DNA from: Octopus vulgaris | Taxonomy: Eukaryota | Length of the DNA stretch: 64,000 nt | Direction of reading: 5' to 3' | Assembly (NCBI GenBank): GCA_951406725.2 | Contig: OX597828.1 | Span: 68,696,001-68,760,000 of the forward strand | Shown: piece after piece, positions 51,820 through 64,000 of the stretch | Position numbering within the stretch: the first letter of the stretch is position 1 | How the letters are laid out: each line of letters opens with the position of its first letter | Notes under the pieces: generated by a model | Seen by the model: the letters and a program-made list of their open reading frames with translations, nothing else | Database searches by the model: none | What the model was told of the DNA's origin: nothing | Translations under genes and position numbers: made by a program

Positions 51820-52733
51820 ACAAAATAATATATAAACATATGCATATATATACATACATATATGTACATACCTACTTCTACATGTATATATACATGCATA
51901 TATGGGTACAGGACACAAAAAAAAAAAACGTTGAACACAATGAGAAGCGAAAACATAAAAACAAAAACATGGAAACGGACTTTTTTTCAAACAACGAAAA
52001 AGCAGAATACAACACAAGGAATATTCCCCTTCTTCAGTTGTCCCTGTTTAATCAGAATTTGTATTTGCTGCCGACTGAAACTGCGTTTGCGTGGTGGATT
52101 TGAAAAATTATTATACATAAGGATGAGACACGTGTTTTATTTGGTCTCTAATTTCATATATTAATGTTTTGGCGTAACCACTGATGAGAACTTCGCCTTG
52201 CAAATTATTTTATTTCCTAATTAAAGTTCAAAAACTGGTGTCCGGCTGTAAAACATAGCAAATCTTTTTATTTTTTATTCCCTTCGAAATTGCTCTCAAC
52301 TGTGGCTTGGAATTTTTGACTGTTCCTTCTAGTATGTAAGGCGACCTGTTAAGGCTCACCTCTTTTGTGTTTAAATGTTCACTAATTCTTTTTATAAAAA
52401 ATATTGACTTTGTATACATGCTAGGCCACTGGTAGAAAATTTTTTTATAGTTTTCCCTACCCTATATTAATTTTAAGAAAAGTATATATATATACGTTTA
52501 AATATTTGTTGTGCAAGATTTTTTATGTGAAGTCGTGTGTTGAAACAAATATTGTTATATTTCGGAATGGTCATATTGCCAGTTTAGCCCCAAAAAACAC
52601 ACGCACTATATATTTGGTGTTATTTTACTTCAGTGTTATTTATTTTTTACATTAATCTTAATCTGTTGCTTACTGGGACCGATCTAATCGACTGGGCGCC
52701 TCCCCCCAATTTCGGGCCTTGTGCCTAGAGTCG

Positions 52734-52794
<61 letters not shown>

Positions 52795-53104
52795 ATATGT
52801 GTGTGTGTGCGTGCGTGAAATAAAATCAGACAACAAAGGCATGTTGTATGGAATTTTCCGGGCATTTATCCAGAGAAAGTTTCTGAGATATTAGAGACGA
52901 TGTGAAATGGTTAAATCGAGGGAAATAGCAGAGTTCAATATAAGGAGTTATTTTGGAGAAGGATGGAAGTAAGAAGTATAAAGGGAAATAAGACAATAAA
53001 AGTACAAATAAAAATGTATGCTGGATGTTATAGTTGCAGTTCCCTCCATAGCACTTGCATAACCTTACCTGCGACCTTAGGGGCTACTGGATACCAATAC
53101 TCCT

Positions 53105-53838
<734 letters not shown>

Positions 53839-54399
53839 ATATATGTATACAGACTCAAACACACAAATAACTATATACACGCCCAAACTTAGAATTATTA
53901 TAAACGTATTATTATTTTTCAGGCATGTTAGACACGCGTATTAGAACGTGGTTTTCTCGTTCTTTCTTCCAGAAAGCGAATAACTGTTATTACTCAAGTG
54001 ACTGAAATAACCAACTACAGATTCTCAAGCACTAGCAGAACTATCGTCAATTTGCACCGCAATGACTTATTATAGATTATATATACTTATATACATTTTA
54101 TGTATATTTGTATATACATATTGTTAAAATTGTTTTTATTTTTTATTTCTAAAGCCACGGCTGGTTCGAATGCATTCAACTTGAATGGCGTGTTCTAAAT
54201 ATATTGCATAGCTCCTGCTAACAGAAATGCACATATATGAATTCCTGTATGCTTATGTATTCTCATTTGTGCATTATCACATTTATAGAAATCTATCAAT
54301 CTTTCCAACTAAAAGATATCTATATCATCATGATCGTCGTCGTCATTATCATCATCATTGTGTGTGAGTGTTTAAGAAATTTGAGTACATTGGTCAAGT

Positions 54400-54473
<74 letters not shown>

Positions 54474-55046
54474 TGTGTATACAAAAGACATGCCTATAAT
54501 TTAGCAAATAGAAAACACCTCGATGTACGAGAGCTAAAAGTGGTGCCTCTGCGTGAGCGTACATCATTCTAGAAATAGAGACCTAATCTCCTTGAAAGTT
54601 CACAGGATGGTTTTGAACAAGTAGAAGAAAATTATCAGAATAAGTTCAGAAGGAATTGGTCTTACATCTCTTCATTCAAAGTGTACGAGTGTATATAAAC
54701 AACCACACAAACATATACATACGTGTGTGAATGTCTCAATCTCAGTGTATTATTAAATACATTATTGATATTATAAGCAATAGTATATTATATATATGTC
54801 TTGTTCAATCTGATGAGGATGTTATTGGAAATATGTTAGAAATTAAACGCTGTTTGCTACTTACTTCGATACACACAAACGATTTCATTGTGTCAAGGTC
54901 GCTCTAGAGACACCTTCCGTAGTTCACTTTTTTTTGTTTATGGTTCTGAGAGCAGTGAGAATTAAGCACAATGTCTTCGACCGTTGTAGCGTGGCCGAGA
55001 CTGGAAGACAAATACTACTACTTGCTGCAGTACATTGAGACAATTA

Positions 55047-55456
55047 GGGGGCTAAACACAGAGGGGACAAACAAGGACAGACAAACGGATTAAGTCGATT
55101 ACATCGACCCCCAGTGCGTAACTGGTACTTATTTAATCGACTCCGAAAGGATGAAAGGCAAAGTCGACCTCGGCGGAATTTGAACTCAGAACGTAACGGC
55201 AGACAAAATACCGCTAAACATTTATTTCTTTACTACCCACAAGGGGCTAAACATAGAAGGGACAAACAAGGACAGTCAAAGGGATTAAGTCGATTACATC
55301 GACCCCAGTACGTAACTGGTACTTAATTTATCGACCCCGAAAGGATGAAAGGCAAAGTCGACCTCGGCGGAATTTGAACTCAGAACATAGCGGCAGACGA
55401 AATACCGCTAAGCATTTCGCCCGGCGTGCTAACGATTCTGCCAGCTCGCCGCCTTA
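55047..55456 (-). mobile_element. Tandem SINE A dimer inside one TSD
   Basis: Full copy at about 55223-55456 plus a doubly truncated copy at 55047-55222. TSD ATTGAGACAATTA at 55034-55046 and 55457-55469. Confidence 0.88.
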
Positions 55457-56142
55457 ATTGAGACAATTACCTAGTCTTAATGATTGCCACAGAGTGTAAC
55501 TGTGAAATGAGCCCAAAGGCTAGGTAACCCTGCTGATGCTGGTGGTAAACTGAGAACTGGACTTCAAGAACAAGGACAGTTCATTCGAATGGTTTCAGCA
55601 CAGTTTCCGTCTGGGTAATTTAACTCAAGAAGCTTCGGTGAGAATAGGTCTACGATAGGAGGAACTTGTCCAATAATCTCCACAGCTGGATTGATCCAGA
55701 AACCACCGGACCCAAAACTATAGTTAACTACACTACCTACGTCATTTTCATTCAAGAAGGAAGCCTAACACTTCAGCTACGCGTCACATGTTCTGTCTCC
55801 CCAAGAAGTATGGATATACGAATTCTATAATTGTCCCTCTCTTTCTCATTTCTATTTGATGTCGGCTCGAGAATTTTCTCAAAGAAAATAGGAACATACA
55901 TACAACAGTTTTATTAACACACACACATACATACATACATACACACAAACACACACACGCACACACACACACACACACATGCACGCACACACATGCACGC
56001 ACACACACTGCGACCATAAACGCACAAATTCACAGACACACAAACACACACAAACTAAGTATTCCACTTAACCTTAACGTTGAGATTTTTTATGATTGTG
56101 GAGTGTATTCTGCGTGGGAGTACATACAAGCCATGTACAAGA

Positions 56143-56186
<44 letters not shown>

Positions 56187-56308
56187 TTACATATGTGTGT
56201 GCGCTTGCACACGTATGGCTGCATGCATGTGCGCAGCGTGTATGAGAGAATAGCTGTGTTCATTTTTACAAATGTGTACGGTAGGAAATGCTTATAGTAC
56301 CTAACATA

Positions 56309-56343
<35 letters not shown>

Positions 56344-56454
56344 CGCATGCAAACCCTGTATTTGTAAAGAGAAACAAAAAAAAAAAAAAGCGACACATCT
56401 GCATACGAATAGCGATAAAGACGCTTCGCCATTGTAGAGTGACGGGGGGGGGAG

Positions 56455-56991
<537 letters not shown>

Positions 56992-57157
56992 CTTTTCATC
57001 TGCCATGGACGTTGCCGTTTGTTCTTTATTGATGTTAGTGTTGACGTAAGATGATGTTAATTTCCGTTTTGTTCTTTTAATAATCATTCTTTCTTTTGTA
57101 TTGCAGCAAGTCCACGAGGAATGACCAGAAGAGTGAGTTGCTTATTTCTTTTCTTTT

Positions 57158-57324
<167 letters not shown>

Positions 57325-57718
57325 GCATATATATATATACACACATACACATGTAGGTAAACAAACGAAAGAAAGAAGCACTGAATACTTGTAGCCAAGG
57401 TTACAAATATTTAATCACTAGTTCATTCACATGTTTCAAGGTGGTGCCCCAGCATGGTCACAATCTAATGATCGAAAATAGTAAAAATAGAACAAGAATA
57501 CATACATACATGCACGCGCACGCGCGCACGCACACGCGCGCACGCACACGCGCGCACGCACACACACACATAAAATGTAGTTCTGGTCAAAATCGAACCT
57601 GGGTACTCTTGAAATACAACTGCTTATTCCAGTATTCTAAATCCATATGTAGATGTTATATTTGCGTGAAGCATGCACAAAAGTTGAAAATACTGGAAAA
57701 TAGTTTCTGCTGAGTAAG

Positions 57719-57992
57719 TATATATCAAAACAAGAGATAGGAAAAGCTTTTGGTATTATTCTTTTGCCGTTACATATGTTTCGTTTGCTAATAGGAGTTA
57801 CGATATTGTACATATAATAGAAGCATGTAAGAAATATCCTATTAGAGATTCTTCAATCAGGAAAAATTTCTTATACATGTCTTACATGTTTTCTACGATA
57901 TGTACAATTTTGTAACTCCTATAAGCAAATGAAACGTGTGTAACGGTGAATAAAGAATACCCCAAAATTCTCCAATCTCCTGGTTTGATATA
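57719..57992. repeat. Diverged long hairpin
   Basis: TATATCAAAACAAGAGAT..CCGTTACATATGTTTCGTTTGCTAATAGGAGTTAC..CATGTAAGA pairs with TCTTACATG..GTAACTCCTATAAGCAAATGAAACGTGTGTAACGG..TTTGATATA. Confidence 0.8.
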
Positions 57993-58523
57993 CATCTAAA
58001 ATAAAAAGCACGACTGTTCAAGCTTGATCAGTTACAATGATCATTTGCGACTTACTGTTCAATGAGGGTTTCACGCACTTGTAACTGTATAATTTTAGAA
58101 TGCGAATGCGAAAGTCTTGAGCGACCAGATTAATGGATTTAAGAATCAAAGAAAGCATTAACAATTATAAAAAACTTTCAATAAAAAAAATAAAAATTGA
58201 ACACAGTTGTGTTTTTAATATAACATATTTGAAATAGTTCTTCTTTCTTTACGCATATGTACACTCACACACATATACTTATACATAGTATGAATATGTA
58301 TATATATATATACATAAATGTGTGTCTATGTATAAGTATGTATGTGTGTACACATGAACACACACCTATCCATCCATTTAGCCATACAGACAGACACACG
58401 TGTAGTTATAACTATTTTTATGTTCGTGCCCGTGCTCCTATGTGTATTTGTGTGTGTAGAAAAATATAAAGTAAATATATATCTGTGTGCTTCGAGATAC
58501 CAATATATACAAATACAAAGCAA

Positions 58524-58597
<74 letters not shown>

Positions 58598-58699
58598 ATT
58601 ATGAGATCACGCATATTATATGTTGGCCCCTCTCACCCCTTTGATGTTTATCCTTTCTCGCAGACATTTTTATGTATTGAAGTAACCTACAGCTATAAC

Positions 58700-59340
58700 C
58701 CAGAAACCAACAAAGTAAACGCCGTGAAAATACCACTTGGTTCGCCCCCTCGTTCATGCTTGCTCTAAAAGAACTTCCTTAGATTCATAGAGAAGCTTTT
58801 CCGGCCTACCTACAAACATAGAAACTTGTTTAATAGGCATGGTCATTAAACATAATTATAGTTGCGTTCTAACATTAAACATAGCTTACCTGCTGAAGCT
58901 GGATTGCTTACATTTAATCACAACTTATCTGCTGAAGCTGGATGCTTACTCAGAAGCTTTGCAAAATGCCTGCTGAATAGGTCCTGTTATGACCAAGGCC
59001 ATCATATATAAAGTCGAGGTCATATCTACAAACATGAACCACAAAATGATCTCTAAGTGCAAGGGTAGTTTGAAACAGAGACCGTTGAAACGGAAATTTT
59101 AGAATCACATCGATACTAGGAACATTCAAAACATACGCTGGAAAAGTTTTAGTTCTACTAGTCGAAGAAAACGGCACAACAAATGACATTGCTTGGAATT
59201 TTTATAAAAAATGAAAATCTTATGTGAATGTTAGCAGATGTAGACACTCTACCTCAAAGCGAGAATGTTCAATAAAATCTCACATATCTCGGCATTATAC
59301 CTGAACACCAATTCAGAAATATTCCGCACCGGCGGGAAAT
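58700..59340 (+). mobile_element. Penelope-like retroelement remnant (RT-EN linker and GIY-YIG region)
   Basis: KRRENTTWFAPSF..KNFLRFIEKLF..KHRNLFNRH/IKHNYSC resembles RKRNIIWFNPPF..KKFL.LIDKHF..KLHKIFNRNT.KISYSC. Later it gives F*NH, DIAWNF..SYVNVSRC and LNTNSEIF (compare LNKRSEI). Confidence 0.7.
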
Positions 59341-59459
59341 TATCCCCCCTCCCCCAAAAAATCTGACCATAAATACATACAATAATATCTTTAAGGAACC
59401 TGAACTCCCACCCCCTCCTTAAATGCCTTCAACACATCAACACTGTTTTCACATACCTA

Positions 59460-59685
59460 TTTCTTTTACTACCCACAAGGGGCTAAACACAGAGGGGACA
59501 AACAAGGACAGACAAACGGATTAAGTCGATTACATCGACTCCAGTGCGTAACTGGTACTTAATTTATCGACCCCGGAAGAATGAAAGGCAAAGTCGACCT
59601 CGGCGGAATTTGAACTCGGAACGTAACGGCAGACGAAATACCGCTTAGCATTTCGCCCGGTGTGCTAACGATTCTGCCAGTTCGC
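59460..59685 (-). mobile_element. SINE family A
   Basis: 17-bp TSD CTGTTTTCACATACCTA at 59443-59459 and 59686-59702. Confidence 0.92.
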
Positions 59686-60569
59686 CTGTTTTCACATACC
59701 TAAACACACTTTGCTGCTCCCAAACCTACAAGCCTTTCTCTTATACGCACGCGTCTTCCATCTTGCTCCCTTGACACACGTATACACGCATGCTCACACA
59801 CATATACCCACAAACACCACCATGTTAGCACATGCATGGCCACACAGATCTACTCTCTGCCTACTTATACTTAAACACTCATCGTCATTCACCAACCTGA
59901 TGCACTCATAGCAACTAGGACTCTTAAACCTCTTTTCTTCACTTACACATATACACACACGATTTCATAAGAATGCTCCCCACCCACATGCATCATACAC
60001 TCGCACACTCACGTTTTCTCACACACTCACGCACCTTCCTTCAACTCAGTCACTCTCGCTTTGCTTCACAACTATATTTTACTCCGTCTCAACCACTGAA
60101 TCTTGAAATCGCTGACGTACAAGCACACATTTCTCATTTTCCTCTCCACACCTACCTTTTGCTTCGCTCTCCTGTTCTTAGAAATCTCCTTGTTCTTGCC
60201 ATTTTCTCTTCCCCATGCCTCGCCAGACGATCCGACGCAACTCTCTTTGGCTGTTGCCCTCCCCCCCACCACTACCACCATCGCCTATGCAAAATTTATT
60301 CCTGGAATTTGCTATTTTATCATCTTTGGGCACCTAAGACTCTTTCAAACCGTACAAAAATACCTTTCTTTTTCCTTTGTTAAAAACATCTAATATCTCT
60401 GATACGTGCTTATACCTCTTTCGCTTGCTTTTCGTTTAACAGATTCCACCTTCTCGGATTTTGCACCAGTTATGTAACCTATGCAGACTTTTCATCGATG
60501 TTATGTATATTGTTTTCCATCAGAATTTCATTGTAAATTATTTTTCTCAACTTTCTGCACCCCCCTCTC

Positions 60570-60615
<46 letters not shown>

Positions 60616-60693
60616 ATAAATATTAGGGAATGAATCCAAAATTACAGGGAAAAATCAGATTTAGGGTTAAATCCAATTTTATAGTAAAATATT

Positions 60694-60965
<272 letters not shown>

Positions 60966-61312
60966 GTATGTATATATATATATATATATATATAAATGTG
61001 TGTGTGTATATGTATGTATGTATATAATCTCGCACAGTCCCTGTTATAGTCCTCTTTTATCGCCGTTTTCTTAATTTTTCTCTCTCATTTTTTATTACTT
61101 CCTTCCTTGTTTCTCTCTTCCTCTTATATGCTTTACATTTCTATACGCGAACAGGCCTTCATCTTGCCCCACTCTACGTTTTTCAATAATTCTATTCATT
61201 CATAGATATAAAGGAAAAGAAAAAAATTATTTTTGCACTTGTGTCGTCTTAAGCGTTAAACTAATAATGTATTTTTCGTATTTCTTCCGCGCTTTAAAAA
61301 CTTTCAGGTTTT

Positions 61313-61343
<31 letters not shown>

Positions 61344-61959
61344 GTGAGGGGGGCAGTGGATTAGAAAATGTCAAAGTACATATGATATAATAGGTGTATA
61401 GAATAAGTGTTAAGACCAAACCAAGTGCATACACTCCAACACTAAGTGCCGGGACACTTGATCTATAGAAATAAGTGTTGGTTATAGGCAATGCAGTAAT
61501 CGAGCTGATGTAGGTATAATAGAATAAATCATGAACGAGCAGTAGCAAAGCATCAAATAATATATAGCAAATTTATAGAGGAGAGAACAAAAGTATATGA
61601 ATGCAGCATGGAAACCAGGAAAATCCGAAGGGCGGCAGTTGATAGCGATTCTGTGTAAAAGGATACAAATTCAGGGAAATCATGCATTAATGACGTTGAT
61701 GAGTTGGAGAGGCTTTTGTTGATTCGATCTGGGTTGCTAAATAAAATCCATTAGATCACTGATGAAAATCTCTCAAGTGATAGATAGGGAAGTGGTAGGT
61801 ATTTCTTTGGCTGCTAGTGGGATAGGTGTGGTTTAGAATCAGATCTGTTCATTTTGCCTACACATGCAAAAGGTAGAATGGTGAAATTTACTGCATCTGA
61901 AATAGCACAGTATTAGTTATATGAGTAACTTAGCCCATCGCCAGAAGGTAAATATACTT

Positions 61960-62187
61960 GGCGAGCTGGCAGAATCGCTAGCAAGTCGGGCGAAATACTT
62001 AGCGATATTTCGTCTGCCGTTACGTTCTGGGTTCAAATTCCACTGAGGTCGACTTTTCCTTTCATCCTTTCGGGGTCAATTAAATAAGTACCAGTTACGC
62101 ACTGGGGTCGATATAATCGACTTAACCCGTATGTCTGTCCTTGTTTGTCCTCTCTGTGTTTAGTCCCTTGTGGGTAGTAAAGAAATT
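61960..62187 (+). mobile_element. SINE family A
   Basis: TSD GGTAA(A/G)TATACTT at 61947-61959 and 62188-62200. Confidence 0.9.
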
Positions 62188-64000
62188 GGTAAGTATACTT
62201 AGCAGCGAAAACTGAATATGTACAATAGAGAGGAAAATAGGTTGTCGTCTGACGTAGCGTTAATATCTGGATAACGGTGAGGAGTAAAAAAGTTAAAAGT
62301 TTAGGGAAAGAAGAGACGATAGGCATAGATAACCATAACGGTGATAAACTGGGTCCAATCTAGATGGAGAGTCAGTACGAAAAAAAAATGGGTGTTCGGT
62401 AGAGTAAGTCATAAAAAAAGTAAAAGTGATCAAAAGCGAAAAAGAGAAGAGGTTTTGTATAAGGGTACCCTGCTGGGTCTAGTTCCAAATGGCTAGGAGT
62501 TAATAAGTTTTAGAGACATCAACTAGATGTGAAGATAGAAGCAGGCAGTATCGATATGGAGGTGTTAGGTTAGCAGCCTATTTGTAACGCGTTAGAAGAT
62601 GAAACCAAATATAACCAAAGTTTTGAAAGCAGAAATACAGGTGAAGTTAAAAATAATTAGAAGCCCCACCAAGCAAGTGGACAAGACGTAGGTTAATTAA
62701 CGCTAGGCAGAACATAGTCTATGGTAAAACTGCAGTGTTTTGAAGAATCGATGAACATAGGTGGCTATAACCTCACTTTGGCAGTTCAAAAGGCAATGGG
62801 GATTATAGTTCAAGATATCAATAAATTCTTTACTATATAGATTGCATGGAATTCTTCCACTGTGACAAGGCCTTCCCGTATTAATGATCGACCAAGTTCT
62901 ACTATAAGGGATGTTATTATTCCTGACACAAGGTTAGGTAGTGAGGTAGTTATGCGTTTTGCAGAAGCATATGAGGCAAGATATGGCAAAAATCGATGCC
63001 TAAAATTAAATCAAAACCCAATTATATATTTTAATGGCGTTCTGCTGTCTATTCCGCACGGTACATTTGTACATTACGATATGTATACAACAGTTGTCAT
63101 TCATGAGGCAATTACCATGAATTATTTCACAGTTGCATTTCTTTCTATCAAATACTATTACGTGATTGCCGTTAGTTGTGTTATTCTTTTAATTTCTGTC
63201 GATAGTTACAGTATTACTAACTTGTCTCGAGTGAAACGTATTATTCGATTTATTGTGCATTGTATTATTATTATTACTAGGGCTGCCAGTTCTACTTGTA
63301 CTGATATATCTGTCATTATAATTTTAAATATATTATTATCAAAGAAGATATTATTAAAGCGCGTGCTAGTTCTCAAGCTGTCGTTGTTGCTCACCTTGTC
63401 TTCATCAGCTGTTACTTAGAGGGGAGGGGCTTTTGGGTTTCATGACTCGCTCCTGGTAATGAGGATGGAGGAATGTTATTTGCCGGTGCATAAGTTGTCC
63501 TTGGTTTTTCTCTCGCATCAACAACCACTTCGACTTTTTTGTCAGGCCTATGTGCAAAAAGCAAAACGCATCTGTCTTGAATACTGAGTTTTAGATTTTT
63601 CTCTTAGCATCCTTTGCAGGTTATAATTCTACTTCCTTTTGTGGCGTTGCGGTGGTCATGAGAACCTGTACACCAACCTTCTGTGATTACGTGTCTTTTG
63701 TGCCATGAAGGTCACCTTCGTGTTCCCCACTTCCCAAACGTGTTAGAACCAGTTTATAGGAGGGTGTGTAGCGTAAAACGGTTATTTGCAATTTAGGGCC
63801 ACGGCCAGCAGTTTTTGGGTGGGTGTACTTACATGATATCATCTACAATAATACTTGACTGATAGATTATTTCCTTAACCCTGAAACGATGGAAAGCAAA
63901 GCTACCCTCAATGAATTTTGTGCTCAAGACTTAAAGAACCGGCACAAATACTGCAAAGATTATGTTCTAACGCTCTAACGATTATGTTAATCACCAACCC

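Noticed and set aside
54805-54880. CTGATGAGG hammerhead-like start (similar weak cases at about 14410 and 39300)
   Set aside because: No complete combination of paired stem II, GAAA and stem I can be drawn.
62862-63419. 185-aa ORF
   Set aside because: It has a GTG start, AT-driven I/L/S composition and no recognisable domain.

Overview
This is eukaryotic, very AT-rich, microsatellite-laden non-coding DNA. The SINE families and the (TA)n/(CA)n/(AAT)n landscape look like an Octopus (coleoid cephalopod) genome, which is my inference from pattern recognition. I see no intact protein-coding gene, rRNA, true tRNA or CRISPR array, and nearly all ORF-track entries are microsatellite or repeat artefacts. 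The window is a transposon graveyard. Retroelements: about 15 copies of one ~235-bp tRNA-headed SINE (many with clean TSDs), several other tRNA-derived SINEs, three R4/Dong LINE fragments, an RTE-like RT remnant and a Penelope-like RT-linker/GIY-YIG remnant. DNA elements: a near full-length dead mariner with TIRs, a deleted Chapaev-type element, a hAT/Charlie remnant, a maT-like fragment and Helitron-like remnants. The most interesting signals are (i) minimal type-I hammerhead-ribozyme folds with non-canonical cores (one U3-A8 covariant; a repeated family with a fixed A6U change) in microsatellite-embedded, probably Penelope-derived repeats, (ii) several long near-perfect hairpins, (iii) an apparent GGTAT-like target preference of the main SINE, which could explain its self-nesting, and (iv) a ~555-bp non-coding element sitting inside (AAT)n.
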